Below are positions 47,604 to 58,122 of a stretch of DNA of 64,000 nt, in pieces. Source of the stretch: a virus (Duplodnaviria > Caudoviricetes). A model generated the notes under the pieces. It searched no databases. It saw only the letters and a program-made list of their open reading frames with translations, and had not been told where the DNA came from. The DNA is taken from IMG/VR virus record IMGVR_UViG_3300025389_001172, positions 64,001 through 128,000 of that record; one strand, written 5' to 3'. Positions within the stretch are counted from its first letter, which is position 1. Every line of letters starts with the position of its first letter. The position numbers were made by a program, and so were the translations under genes.

Positions 47604-49930
47604 AATTTACAGGCCTCGCAGTCAGCATCATCTAGCATAGTATCATCACTTGCCAAAGGTACAGAGATTTGGATAGATTGATTAGTCCCGGTTATTTCTG
47701 ATTTAGCACCAACCTTGTTGATCAGGCTATAGTACATGGTCTTGATACCCCACTTGTAGGCCAGCATTAAATTCTTAGCGATCAATGTACCAGGCACCTT
47801 ACCACCGTAGTTGGCGGGGTTATAGAAAGTGTTGGTACTGAGGCTCTGATCTATGTAGGCAGCCAACACAGCGGCTGTCTTGAGATAGTCTACACAATCT
47901 GTCTGTTCCCACATAAGTTGGTAACGATTCTTTAATCTACGATACTCTGGTACTACCTGTACGAATGATCCTGCTTTAGATTCTTTCACAGATATCATCT
48001 CCATTGGCATTTCAATACCATTAGTAGAGTTTAGAACAACTGAGCTAGATTCAACAGGAGCCACTGCCATAAGTGTAGCATTACGGATTCCATACTGCTT
48101 CATACGCTCACGCAGAGGTTCCCAATCCATACTAGGAGTAAAATCTGTTAATTCATCAACACCAATACTTCTGCGCTCCCAAGGAAACACTCCCTTACCG
48201 TAGTGTGTGTATGAGCTACGCTTACAGGCCCCTCTTTCTTGGGCAAGTTCTACACTCATCTCGGTAAGGAAATAGGCCTGGTGTTCCATCCAACGCTTGA
48301 CTTCGGCGAGTGCTTCGGATGTTCCATATTTGAAACTACGCTTGGCGTGCCAATAGGCTAGATTGGTAATACCCACTCCTAGTGGTTCGAAGTCTTCATT
48401 AGCCAGCTTGCTCTGTACTGACAAAAAATCTTGATACTGTAGTAGATTACTGAGACTGCGTACCAACACACGGCAGGCCTTACGCATCTGCTGTGGATTG
48501 TTGAAGGCTCCCCAGTTGATAGATCCCAGTGTACATAACGCTATGCGTCCCGCCGGATCTTCAATACGTTGGAAAGGTCTGGTTGGTAGTAGGATCTCTT
48601 GGCAGAGATTTGATTGGTATATAGGATCGGTCGTAGTGTCAAACGGTCCTTGGTTAATAACATTATCGATGTTGACTAGATAGATGCGTCCTGTATCGGT
48701 ACGCTCTTTCAAGATACCATTCTTAAACATTTCTTCAGCTGATAAGACTTTCTTTTTGATCTTTGGATCTGCTTCATACTCGAGATATAATTTTTCAAAC
48801 TCAGCACTGTCTCTATAGTAGGCTTCATATAGATCCGGTACAGCATGTGGATCGAATAGTGTTATGTTTCCACCTGTGCGGTAACGATTCCAGAACATCT
48901 TGTTGACTACTACAGAATAGTCCATCTGACGAACACGGGTTTCCTCAGTGCCTTGATTATTTTTCAACACAATGAGGTCTTCGAACTGAGCGTGCCAGAT
49001 GGGAAATGTCACTGTGCATGACGCATTACGGATACCACCTTGGCTACATGAGCGTAGATCAGCGAACCATTTCTTCAAGAATGGAATCATACCTGTGTGC
49101 TTGATCTCTCCATTGCGTATAGGGGCGCCGAGAGGACGTATACGGCCAATCTCTAATCCTATGCCAGCACGTTTGCTAGCATACTTGGCCATCATTTCTC
49201 CTGCGGCAAATATGCTATCCAACGTGTCATCACTAGTAATAAGTACGCAAGAACTAAACTGCTTAGTGGTAGTGCCCAGCCCAGCCAATACCGGTGTTGC
49301 AAGAGTAAAATGTCCATCTGAGGCACACTCGTAATATTCTTTAACATACTTCAATCTCCGATCTTTGGGTTCATTGTGGAAGGCAGTGGCCGCGGCGATG
49401 GCATAACGAACCTGTGGTGTTTCGTATATCTGCCCAGTGGCACGATTCTGTACCAGATATTTCTCTGCCAACTGTGCTATAGCGGCATAGGTATACTCTT
49501 CATCCTTGTGGTGATCTATGAACAAGTCGATGATGTTCCACTCATCTTCTGTATACCAATCTAATAGCTCAGCGGTATACATACCTGCGGCTACATTGGT
49601 CTTGACTATGTCATAGAGCTTCGGTGGATCATACTCACCATAGACTTCTTTACGCAACATGCTCACACGCTGGCGGCCAGCTACATACTGATAGTTTACG
49701 TTGTTGATTTCTGGATTTTCTGTTTCGTCTATGAGGTCCACCATGGCCTTGAGCAAGAGCTCGTCTATGGTTTTAGTGCTCATGCCATCATGTAGTTCTA
49801 TCTGGGCCTTGATTTCGATCATACTGGGGCTCACTCCATCAATGCCCTTACAATCGTGTGCTACCTGTCTCTGTATTTTGCTGATGTCGAGTGGTACTCG
49901 TTCACCATTACGTTTTACAACTGTAATCAT
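47600..49930 (-). CDS. nrdA: Ribonucleotide reductase class Ia alpha subunit
   Basis: ATP cone MITVVKRNG, QFSSC, SNLCQEI, KTMYY, C-terminal CEACKL. Confidence 0.95.
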   Translation of the reverse strand: MITVVKRNGERVPLDISKIQRQVAHDCKGIDGVSPSMIEIKAQIELHDGMSTKTIDELLLKAMVDLIDETENPEINNVNYQYVAGRQRVSMLRKEVYGEYDPPKLYDIVKTNVAAGMYTAELLDWYTEDEWNIIDLFIDHHKDEEYTYAAIAQLAEKYLVQNRATGQIYETPQVRYAIAAATAFHNEPKDRRLKYVKEYYECASDGHFTLATPVLAGLGTTTKQFSSCVLITSDDTLDSIFAAGEMMAKYASKRAGIGLEIGRIRPLGAPIRNGEIKHTGMIPFLKKWFADLRSCSQGGIRNASCTVTFPIWHAQFEDLIVLKNNQGTEETRVRQMDYSVVVNKMFWNRYRTGGNITLFDPHAVPDLYEAYYRDSAEFEKLYLEYEADPKIKKKVLSAEEMFKNGILKERTDTGRIYLVNIDNVINQGPFDTTTDPIYQSNLCQEILLPTRPFQRIEDPAGRIALCTLGSINWGAFNNPQQMRKACRVLVRSLSNLLQYQDFLSVQSKLANEDFEPLGVGITNLAYWHAKRSFKYGTSEALAEVKRWMEHQAYFLTEMSVELAQERGACKRSSYTHYGKGVFPWERRSIGVDELTDFTPSMDWEPLRERMKQYGIRNATLMAVAPVESSSVVLNSTNGIEMPMEMISVKESKAGSFVQVVPEYRRLKNRYQLMWEQTDCVDYLKTAAVLAAYIDQSLSTNTFYNPANYGGKVPGTLIAKNLMLAYKWGIKTMYYSLINKVGAKSEITGTNQSIQISVPLASDDTMLDDADCEACKL

Positions 49931-49983
49931 CTGACGCCTTATCTGTTTAAGTATTGCTGAAAATATATTGCTGGAATTGATAT

Positions 49984-50418
49984 TTACCTTGGAACTTTCA
50001 GTTCGGTAAGATTTTCTATTAAAAATGAATCTGGCACTTTTTCCAGCAGTTCTGGTCCATTGTCGTTGTAGTTTATAGCCCAGGAATTCTCTACGCATAC
50101 GATATTATACTGTCTGTTATTTGCGTTGTCTAGCATGATCCGGACATCTATGGTAGAATCTTGATAGCGTTTGGTCATCTTTAGGCTCCAACCTATCATC
50201 AATGCTTTGGTAAAATCATCATAGCGATTCTCTGCTATGATTTCCCACGGTGTAGGCCAAGCTCGTTGATGGAATGGATCTACACGATTATTGTAGGGAA
50301 CAAATGGTGAATCTTTCCAGAATTCCCAAACGGTATTGAATGGATCCTCGGAGGTCTCTAATTGATCTCGGAGATCCGCCCAGGCAGATATCCGCTCGTC
50401 TACTGATAATGTGAACAT
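49984..50418 (-). CDS. Hypothetical protein
   Basis: ORF track; WPTPWEII motif. Confidence 0.65.
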   Translation of the reverse strand: MFTLSVDERISAWADLRDQLETSEDPFNTVWEFWKDSPFVPYNNRVDPFHQRAWPTPWEIIAENRYDDFTKALMIGWSLKMTKRYQDSTIDVRIMLDNANNRQYNIVCVENSWAINYNDNGPELLEKVPDSFLIENLTELKVPR

Positions 50419-52206
50419 CTAGGATATCTGTTTGATCTGATAGTCTATACGATAAGGACCGTTTTGATTAGGATCTACATCAATTATATCAAATCCTAAT
50501 ATCTGGAGTGTAACATAGTTATGACTTCCTGCCTGACTAGAGTCGATATTCCAAACAGCGTCATTCACTCGGTTTATATAAGAATAGTTATAGTAATCGC
50601 TGACTGTTCCTATCTGATCTCCATCCTGATATTCAGTATATGCACCTCTGGGATTGATCCCGATGATGTTAATCAACAGATCTCCTTTCCTAGAATAACC
50701 AGTAGTATCATTCCATAATTCATAGTGTACGGTAATAGATTGCTCTCCACCGTTCAGAGGAAAGCTAACCAGGTTGTTGGTGACGTCGCTGAGCTCTCTA
50801 CGATAAACAGATTCATCTTGGATACCACCCGGTCCTGCGATATAGGGATTATAATAGAAATCTGGTAAATTTGTCTGTATAGCTATTTGAGCAAAATTTT
50901 TACGAACAAAAATATCATTTATGGATTTATTTCCTGACGAATTAAACGATATCACCGGAGTTCCTACTCCTGGGGAACTAGGATAATTGTAATCACTGAT
51001 AGGATTTCCGTCACCACTAACACCATTGCCTACATCCTTGAATGAATTATTCGAGCTAACACTGTAGCCAGGATATGGATATACATTGGTTGTAGCTGTT
51101 CCTAATAGAATGGCCTGATTGCTGATCCTTTCAAATCTACTGCTATCAAATACTCCGCCTATCAGTCCGGGATTGTTAATGTCAGACCACATACTGATAC
51201 CTGTCTGTAGGTAATCAAATGAACAGTTACTTACAAAGAATCTGTTGATAGTTCCTACTGTTTGGGTCACAGCAGATCCTAAATTTTGGAATTTACATCT
51301 AGATATTTTAATGTTACCTGCAGGGGCGTTATCTAATAGTTGATCACCTATGATACCACTGCGCAGTCTTATGGCATTACCATAGTTGGTTGATGTGACC
51401 AGATCTGCTGTGCCGAAGTTAACATTGTGGATCTCTGTATCCACTACCTGATCTAGCGATACTAGGACAGCATTGTAGGCATTGGTAGAGGTGAACAGCA
51501 ATGACATTCCTTCGATGTGTACGTTGCCGGCATTCTGTCCATCATGGATGCTCATATCCATAGAATTGTCATCAAAATTTTGACCTCCAGCATCTACGGT
51601 CCTAAACAAAGATTGACCATCACCTGATGGAACGAATATGATATTAGTAAGACCTGCTCCTTCTCCTACTAATGAAGCGTAAGGAGGAAGGTCGATGGTT
51701 CCAGAAACAAAATATGTGCCGGCAGGTATGATGAGACGTCTGCGAGCATCTTGTCGAGCAAAGGTATTGTAACCACCAGCGCCATCTTGGAAATATAAAT
51801 TTTCTATAGCTGAGGTTAGTGTAAGAGTTATATCGTTGCCCTGTGATTGGTGAAAACTAGGGCTTAGAGATGGATCATAGTCTGTTAAACTGACCCAATT
51901 ATCCAGTTTGGTTGAGATGGTAGTTGTAGTAGAATGTACATACTGCGTATCGGCTCTGTATTGATAGCTACTGGTACCTGCTAAATTTCCTGGGGGTTGT
52001 ATTAGGGAAAAAATATTACTTAGATCGTTTTCGGTCAATATGCGAGTGTTATTGTCATCCACTGCACCCTCGATGATACGCTTACCTATATAGAGATTTT
52101 CAGTATCTTCTGCCCAGCCAAATTCTCCAGGATCCAATTGCGGAATACCTGTTTGAAATTCTTGTCCTCTACGTACTTGGATTTTTGAGATTGAAATCTG
52201 TGCCAT
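50419..52206 (-). CDS. Virion/tail-associated protein with beta-helix (pectate-lyase-like) domain
   Basis: ISKIQVRRG..LDPGEFGWA.D...LYIG N-terminus; IIPAGTY, LVGEGAG beta-helix start. Confidence 0.7.
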   Translation of the reverse strand: MAQISISKIQVRRGQEFQTGIPQLDPGEFGWAEDTENLYIGKRIIEGAVDDNNTRILTENDLSNIFSLIQPPGNLAGTSSYQYRADTQYVHSTTTTISTKLDNWVSLTDYDPSLSPSFHQSQGNDITLTLTSAIENLYFQDGAGGYNTFARQDARRRLIIPAGTYFVSGTIDLPPYASLVGEGAGLTNIIFVPSGDGQSLFRTVDAGGQNFDDNSMDMSIHDGQNAGNVHIEGMSLLFTSTNAYNAVLVSLDQVVDTEIHNVNFGTADLVTSTNYGNAIRLRSGIIGDQLLDNAPAGNIKISRCKFQNLGSAVTQTVGTINRFFVSNCSFDYLQTGISMWSDINNPGLIGGVFDSSRFERISNQAILLGTATTNVYPYPGYSVSSNNSFKDVGNGVSGDGNPISDYNYPSSPGVGTPVISFNSSGNKSINDIFVRKNFAQIAIQTNLPDFYYNPYIAGPGGIQDESVYRRELSDVTNNLVSFPLNGGEQSITVHYELWNDTTGYSRKGDLLINIIGINPRGAYTEYQDGDQIGTVSDYYNYSYINRVNDAVWNIDSSQAGSHNYVTLQILGFDIIDVDPNQNGPYRIDYQIKQIS

Positions 52207-52247
52207 GTCTGCTCCCTATATAGGGTATTTATCAGGTGAGCAGTGGT

Positions 52248-52964
52248 TTATAACCTGTAGTATTCTTCTACTTTGTTGAGCCACTGATCTTCCCAATAGT
52301 TAAAATCTTTAGGCAATAGATCGAATTGTTGATATGTTTCTCCACCGACTTTAAGACTGTCATCTCCGCGGCTACACATGAATACCACACCGCGGCGGAT
52401 ATCGGTTCCGTAGACCTCGTTGTGAGCTAGTATATATGCTACTAACTGCATCCGGTAGTCGTCAATCCATTCTGCTTTTTTAGGTTTATTGGTCTGTTTG
52501 TGGTCCATAACGGCTGGTTCTCCGTCATAAACGCCTACTAAATCAGTAGTTCCGCTGTATAATCCGGGAAAATATAAGCTCTGCTCCATGGCCCACACTT
52601 CATTAACCTTAGCCAATCCGTTTATGACTATCTGATCTGCCATGGCATTGGCCTTGATGTGTACAGGATTATTTCCAGGCTGTCGTTGTTCGCCGATTAA
52701 GAATCTTTCTAGATTATTGTGCATGGCTGTTCCCACACCAGCCGCTTCATTGGCTATACGTTGAGCATTGTCATGTCCCACACGATCCTTCCAAGCATTA
52801 AGGTGTGTCATGTCTTTGGTGGCCGAAAGTATAGTAGTTACACTAGGTAGCTTTTCACCATCTGGAGTTTGGTAAACTCTCTTGCGTGTCACTGGATCGT
52901 TGATCTGGACGCAGTTTTTATATTGGAATCGTTCTACAAATGGTGGAGGTGTATAAGTTGTCAT
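52248..52964 (-). CDS. PD-(D/E)XK exonuclease
   Basis: LPSVTTIL, GTAMH, YSGTTDLVG, MDHKQ, QLVAY; TTGACA-N17-TATAAT at 52972-53000. Confidence 0.85.
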   Translation of the reverse strand: MTTYTPPPFVERFQYKNCVQINDPVTRKRVYQTPDGEKLPSVTTILSATKDMTHLNAWKDRVGHDNAQRIANEAAGVGTAMHNNLERFLIGEQRQPGNNPVHIKANAMADQIVINGLAKVNEVWAMEQSLYFPGLYSGTTDLVGVYDGEPAVMDHKQTNKPKKAEWIDDYRMQLVAYILAHNEVYGTDIRRGVVFMCSRGDDSLKVGGETYQQFDLLPKDFNYWEDQWLNKVEEYYRL

Positions 52965-52996
52965 AAACTTAATTATAACAATCCTGTACTACGATG

Positions 52997-53347
52997 TCAA
53001 ATCTTGGGAGTTAGGCTAGAATTGGATTTGGCCATCTGATCCACGCTGGGACCAGTAGCTGGCATATCTTGTCCAGCTTGTTCTGGATCTTTTTCTTTGG
53101 TATTGAGTATCACATTGCCCTTATCATCTTGGCTGATTTTTAACACCTTACCATTGGGATCAGTATCATTGGCAAATTTGATCAGGCCATCTGGAGTGCT
53201 AATACCTAGATTGAACGGAGCGATGGATTTCAATACAGCAGAAAAAGGTAGAGTGCTAGGTTGACCGTCTTTGTCTGCCAAGCCTCTTAGGACACGAAGG
53301 ACCAGCTCAGCTGATCCCTCTGATGATGCAAATTCTCTTAATCTCAT
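52997..53347 (-). CDS. Hypothetical putative head protein
   Basis: MRLREF N-terminus; coupled to upstream core-like gene. Confidence 0.6.
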   Translation of the reverse strand: MRLREFASSEGSAELVLRVLRGLADKDGQPSTLPFSAVLKSIAPFNLGISTPDGLIKFANDTDPNGKVLKISQDDKGNVILNTKEKDPEQAGQDMPATGPSVDQMAKSNSSLTPKI

Positions 53348-54759
53348 CTAGCTAATTTAGCTATGATCGAGTGTGATTCAGCTAGTTTGCGAGCACGACG
53401 TTCTGCACGGCTTTCACGCATCTCACGGTTGCTTGAGCTAGCATCAGCGGCTGCGAATTCATCACCTAGATCTGCACCTGCTTCTGGATTCATCTCATCT
53501 GGAGCGACAGAATCTAAACCTGCGTCCATGCCTGCATCCATAGCTGGCTCAGCTCCCATTGGTTCCTCTGGAGCGGCTTCACCTGCTAGTACAGCAACAG
53601 CATTAGATACTGCTTCACGTTGTTGTGTTAGGACTTCTAGTGTGGCTGATAGAGCAGGACCTACTGCGTTCTTGAATGCTTCAGCTTCTGCGGCACCGAA
53701 GTCAGCACGGATAGCATCTGCTAGTTCGATCATAGATTTAGTCTGATATTGACCAACACGTTGCATCCAGCTTGTGTAATCATTTACGATATCACCAGCG
53801 GCAGTGATGGCCTTGGCCTTACCTTCTTCATCTTCAGCTAGTAGGAACTGTAAACTTTCATTTACAAAACGAACATTGTGTTTGAAATTGCTTTCTTCTA
53901 ATTTACCTTGCTTGGCTAGTTTGGCACGTACAGCACCTGCTACACGCTCACCTGCTTCTTTGCTACCATAACGCTTGCCTGCTGACTTGGCAATCTTAGC
54001 AAAATTCTTACCTGGTTTACCTTCGTCTTTGCCTTCCCACATACCCATACATTCTTTGCAATCACAATCTTTATGATGCTTCATGCCTTCGTCTAGGTCG
54101 TCATCTTTCTTTTTCTTATTGTCTGTTTTTTCAGCTTTTTTAGTGTAAACTGTACCTGTTGAAGTTTTCTTTTTGTCAAACTTGCCTGTGGTCTTTTCTT
54201 TAGTCTCACCTGGAACTGGGAAAGCTTCTTTTACTTTCTCGTCTTTGTCTTTGCATCCACATAGATTGATAGGCTTCTTGCAACCGGGACACATTTTCTT
54301 GGCAGCTTCTTGGAATGGCTTACCTGCTTTGGCAGCGGCTTTAGCACGACTACCCCATACTTCATCTTTAGGACTTTCGATCTTACCATCGCCGTCATAG
54401 TCTTTAGTAGCTTTTTTTGAGCCTGTTGGTTTCTTAACAGCCTTGACACCTTTTTTATTTTCGTTTAGTTGGTCGATCTTGTCACGCAACTGTTTCATTT
54501 GTTCGCCTAGCATTTCTTTTATCCTCGTGTTTAGCAACTCTAACATTGCTTTGTCTTTTTGGTACGACTCGTTGTTTAATAGATCATTGATCTTCGATGT
54601 GCTCTCATGTTGGAAGATACGTGTACGAAACTTGTTACGTATATCTTCTAACTGCTCGCGATCATACTTTTCTAGATTGACCCTAGATCCGAATTGTTTT
54701 TCTAAGTTTTCATGTAACTTAGCACTGGTTACCGCAATCTTAAAATCTGATGTCTTCAT
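53344..54759 (-). CDS. Putative prohead core/scaffold-like protein
   Basis: Highly charged, many hydrophobic-x-E sites, acidic tail; TATAAATA at 54783-54790. Confidence 0.55.
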   Translation of the reverse strand: MKTSDFKIAVTSAKLHENLEKQFGSRVNLEKYDREQLEDIRNKFRTRIFQHESTSKINDLLNNESYQKDKAMLELLNTRIKEMLGEQMKQLRDKIDQLNENKKGVKAVKKPTGSKKATKDYDGDGKIESPKDEVWGSRAKAAAKAGKPFQEAAKKMCPGCKKPINLCGCKDKDEKVKEAFPVPGETKEKTTGKFDKKKTSTGTVYTKKAEKTDNKKKKDDDLDEGMKHHKDCDCKECMGMWEGKDEGKPGKNFAKIAKSAGKRYGSKEAGERVAGAVRAKLAKQGKLEESNFKHNVRFVNESLQFLLAEDEEGKAKAITAAGDIVNDYTSWMQRVGQYQTKSMIELADAIRADFGAAEAEAFKNAVGPALSATLEVLTQQREAVSNAVAVLAGEAAPEEPMGAEPAMDAGMDAGLDSVAPDEMNPEAGADLGDEFAAADASSSNREMRESRAERRARKLAESHSIIAKLAR

Positions 54760-54785
54760 AGCTGGTCCAAAAATTTATATTGTAT

Positions 54786-55250
54786 TTATACCAGTTTGCG
54801 GAGTTTTTCAAATCTCTGGACTATGCCTCTCTGGAACTGCTCTTTGCGATTTTTAGCGATAGCCTCTTTTATCTTGGATAGTTCATAACTATCGAAATTC
54901 AGTTTAGGATCTTTGACTCTGTGATTGTACAGCGTTTCTTTGAACAGGGCGAATCCGTATTCTCGGTCCTGATTCACTATCCTAGGATCTAGTATCCTGC
55001 CTAGTGCTAGATCATTGGCTATCAAGGCCGCAGTCTGTGGTAGATTAATACCTTCTACTATGACTTCACCATTTGAATTATATATGGCATAGAATCCTGT
55101 GTTTTGATTTACCACACGGAAACGTCCTATGTTTATGCTACCATCAGAATTTTTTACAGGTATTACTATTCCTCGTTGGCGAAAGTCGGCTCTGACTTTT
55201 TCAGAGACTCTTTCTATCTTTTCGTACAGGTCATTGGGTATCGGTTTCAT
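54786..55250 (-). CDS. Hypothetical protein
   Basis: ORF track. Confidence 0.6.
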   Translation of the reverse strand: MKPIPNDLYEKIERVSEKVRADFRQRGIVIPVKNSDGSINIGRFRVVNQNTGFYAIYNSNGEVIVEGINLPQTAALIANDLALGRILDPRIVNQDREYGFALFKETLYNHRVKDPKLNFDSYELSKIKEAIAKNRKEQFQRGIVQRFEKLRKLV

Positions 55251-55443
55251 TTAGGTTCTTCAATAATGTAGTGCTATCATTACTTATTGAATATAAACCC
55301 TTGCGGACCATGTTCTGGGCTAACCACTGCTCATGCTCATCGAGACTGGTGATTTTCACACGATCCTTGTGTGTGCGTATAAATTCTTGCTCTTCATTAG
55401 TAACGGCAATGCTCATGCCGGATAATAACTGTGCTATTTTCAT
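55231..55443 (-). CDS. Hypothetical protein
   Basis: ORF track; overlaps neighbours. Confidence 0.6.
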   Translation of the reverse strand: MKIAQLLSGMSIAVTNEEQEFIRTHKDRVKITSLDEHEQWLAQNMVRKGLYSISNDSTTLLKNLNETDTQ

Positions 55444-55904
55444 TGTAATTTCTCTAAAGCTTCAGCTAACCGTCTGAGAGACTCTGCCGCTTTTTGATAT
55501 TGGTCATCGTTGGCCGCCTGTTGCATTTTTTGTTGAGCGGTAACTCCTGTATTGATTCCAGCTTTGATTTGATTAGCGGCCTGATTATTCTGTAGAGCAT
55601 CTGCTATACCAGGCAACAGATTTTTTAACTGTTGGGCAACACCGGGATTCATCGCCTGTTTTGGATCTGTTAGAGCCCCTGCTATTTTAGAAGTATCTAT
55701 ATTTCCAGTGGCACCTGCGGCACCTAGTAGACTTTTTAGATTGTTAAGATTATTTTTAATGTTACTGATATTCTGACCCATCTGTGTACTATTGGTACCT
55801 GTATTAGCGGTGTTAGCCACAGTTGGCTGAGTAGGACCCAAAGGTGCACCTGCTCCGGGAGGAACTGAGCCTACAGTTTGTTCGACTAAATCTCGTATTT
55901 TCAT
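55440..55904 (-). CDS. Hypothetical Q/N-rich putative head-internal protein
   Basis: MKIRDLVE N-terminus. Confidence 0.6.
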   Translation of the reverse strand: MKIRDLVEQTVGSVPPGAGAPLGPTQPTVANTANTGTNSTQMGQNISNIKNNLNNLKSLLGAAGATGNIDTSKIAGALTDPKQAMNPGVAQQLKNLLPGIADALQNNQAANQIKAGINTGVTAQQKMQQAANDDQYQKAAESLRRLAEALEKLQ

Positions 55905-55907
55905 ATA

Positions 55908-56141
55908 TTATTTTTGTAATAGAACTACTAGTATACTAGCCACAGCGGTTATAATAGTTCCAGCTGTGCCGATCAGTATCTTGGTCATATTAGAATGACC
56001 ATCTTCTATACATTTTTGTAGTCCACTGACCTTAGTCTCGATTGAAGTCAATCGTAGTTCTATAGCTTCATATCTCTGTGAGCACAGTTCTACGTGTGCT
56101 TCTAGATTCTGTTTTTCAATATTCGTAGGCTTACCAGCCAT
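55908..56141 (-). CDS. Coiled-coil protein with C-terminal TM
   Basis: EKQNLEAHVELCSQRY, hydrophobic C-terminus; GGAG RBS. Confidence 0.7.
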   Translation of the reverse strand: MAGKPTNIEKQNLEAHVELCSQRYEAIELRLTSIETKVSGLQKCIEDGHSNMTKILIGTAGTIITAVASILVVLLQK

Positions 56142-56185
56142 GACATTTCTCCGTTAGGGTTACAAGATGCTACATTGTTACTTGC

Positions 56186-56602
56186 CTAAATTGTGCCTGG
56201 TTGTGCCTTGATGATCGTATTTTTATAAGTGCTATCTTTTAGATCAAAGATTGCCTTGTCAATATTTATCGTTTCTGTTAGATTTATTATCACAGGAATC
56301 TGGTCCATATCTGCTATCAAGAACTCTAGATCGTCTCCATAGACAGCTGGGCGATCTGGAGAGAACCAGAATGTCCATACTGCCTGTTTACCCTTATATC
56401 TATTACCGAATCCCATACCTTTAATATCTACTAGCTCTACAGAGGGATTGCCGTCGTAGAGGATCACTGAACGTATTTCTGCACACTGTCTCAAGGTTGT
56501 GAAATTTCTATACTGATTTAGTTCTAGCTGTGTGCCTTGATTGGGTCTAGTCACATTGGTGTTGGTGATGTCAATCAGGGTCTGTATTTCTATCGTGTCC
56601 AT
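56186..56602 (-). CDS. Hypothetical protein
   Basis: Start MDTIEI after TATAAATA (56620-56627). Confidence 0.6.
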   Translation of the reverse strand: MDTIEIQTLIDITNTNVTRPNQGTQLELNQYRNFTTLRQCAEIRSVILYDGNPSVELVDIKGMGFGNRYKGKQAVWTFWFSPDRPAVYGDDLEFLIADMDQIPVIINLTETINIDKAIFDLKDSTYKNTIIKAQPGTI

Positions 56603-56643
56603 AATGTACCTATATAAAGTATTTATAGACAACGGCAGGGATC

Positions 56644-56672
56644 AAAAAAAATCCCTACCGAAGCAGGGATTT
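56644..56672 (-). terminator. Intrinsic terminator
   Basis: AAAATCCCTG-CTTCG-GTAGGGATTTTTTTT on minus strand. Confidence 0.8.
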
Positions 56673-56695
56673 TGTAGTTACTTAATACTTATGAA

Positions 56696-57244
56696 TTAAG
56701 CTACGTCGATTTTATTCAACAATGATGGATCCATTTCGATCAATTCATTCTGCTCAACGCTGCCTGTAGCAAAACCAGTGTATGTTGTGCTTGTGTTAGC
56801 TGTGATAGCAGATACGAAATCACTTTCTGTCTTCATGAAACCGTCTTGGTTGCCACCGAATAGGTAGTAACGTGTAACAGTAGCCATGTTGCTATTGTCG
56901 TTCAATGAAGGAACATTTTGTAACAATGTTTGTAATGTTACGGCCATTCCGTTGTCACCTGTGAACACTGGAGCGTCTGTGTTTGCTGTGTCTACTGCTA
57001 GACCAACAACAAAACGTGACCAGTTGTCACTTACATATGGTGTACCAATGAACAAGATTTCTGCTTGTAATTGGATCGTCTGGATCGCTAGACGGAATCT
57101 CTCTGTATCTAGACGACGATATGAATTGTCTTGAGATACGTTAAGATCTACGTGCTTGATTTCATAGAAGCCGATCTGACGACCGATGAAACTACCTGGG
57201 TATGCCTTGTAATTTGGGGCATTGCTATAACCGATTCCTGCCAT
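56696..57244 (-). CDS. Putative virion structural protein
   Basis: TAAATA promoter, leader hairpin, AAGGAG RBS, own terminator. Confidence 0.55.
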   Translation of the reverse strand: MAGIGYSNAPNYKAYPGSFIGRQIGFYEIKHVDLNVSQDNSYRRLDTERFRLAIQTIQLQAEILFIGTPYVSDNWSRFVVGLAVDTANTDAPVFTGDNGMAVTLQTLLQNVPSLNDNSNMATVTRYYLFGGNQDGFMKTESDFVSAITANTSTTYTGFATGSVEQNELIEMDPSLLNKIDVA

Positions 57245-57340
57245 GTTAATTCTCCTTATCTTTTTAGAGCCCCGTTCTGGGACTATTGTAAGAGTATTTA
57301 GCGGATTTGGAAAAAAATATAGAAAATGGTGTGAAAATGA

Positions 57341-57640
57341 TCAATCTTCGTCTTTTAGGTCACCCTCTACTATGTGTAGATGCTGAGCTGTTTCTTTGTT
57401 ATCACGCAGACGACGTATGCTACGTATGAACTTGTTTGGATCCCCACCTTTGATGCTGTTGATGAATCTGCGCTCTAGTTCGTAGGCCTGCTCAGGTTCG
57501 AAATTTTCTTTGATCAGATTGAGTAGGTTGATGGCAGAATCTATAACGTGTGTAGCTCGGCTTTCTATAATAGCTTCACCGTGTTTCTTCTCTGCTATAG
57601 AGTTGAGTTCTTCTAATAGACTGCGAGTGGCTCTTTTCAA
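57341..57640 (-). CDS. Hypothetical phage protein
   Basis: ORF track; TAAATA upstream. Confidence 0.65.
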   Translation of the reverse strand: MKRATRSLLEELNSIAEKKHGEAIIESRATHVIDSAINLLNLIKENFEPEQAYELERRFINSIKGGDPNKFIRSIRRLRDNKETAQHLHIVEGDLKDED

Positions 57641-57799
57641 GATATATTTCCTTTTGGTATTTAGTGATATCCACTCATGAGTATAACATAATATTTGGCA
57701 AACAACACCTTGATTTTAATCTTGTAGTAATCATATAAGTATAAATACTGATGTTAGTAGAAACCATGAGTCTCTGCTAAAAACAAAGGAAAACACAAA

Positions 57800-57976
57800 A
57801 TGTTAAACACAATCAAAGAATTTTTCAAAGATATAACGAGATTTGAAACCTGTAAAAACGCTCAAACAGAAATCGATAGATATATTTCCAGCAAATGTCC
57901 ACAGACCGTAGCAGATGTTGAATACTGGACTCGGGAGTACAATCGCTGTGGTCAATTAAGAGGGATCATAAGATGA
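57800..57976 (+). CDS. Small hypothetical protein (58 aa, not in ORF track)
   Basis: MLNTIKEFFKDITRFETCKNAQTEIDRYISSKCPQTVADVEYWTREYNRCGQLRGIIR; TATAAATA 57740-57747 and AAGGA RBS. Confidence 0.6.
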   Translation: MLNTIKEFFKDITRFETCKNAQTEIDRYISSKCPQTVADVEYWTREYNRCGQLRGIIR

Positions 57977-58122
57977 AACTCCTAAAAACCATAGTCAAGG
58001 CAGTACTTGAAGGACGTGATGCTTATGTAGCATACAAGATGAAACACTCCGGAGTCATGAAGTAATTAAATAATGTTGCGCCGCAAGGTGCAATAAATAC
58101 ACACATACACATAGGAGTTGTT

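Noticed and set aside
46500-49930. Introns or inteins in nrdA/nrdB
   Set aside because: Both frames are continuous and of normal length
49931-50098. Long N-terminal extensions in the ORF track (nrdA, FecR, dnaK, 4150, 40970)
   Set aside because: They overlap upstream genes or terminators; downstream starts fit RBS and family N-termini better
52248-52964. Cas4 / CRISPR association
   Set aside because: Generic phage PD-(D/E)XK exonuclease without the Fe-S cysteines; no array nearby
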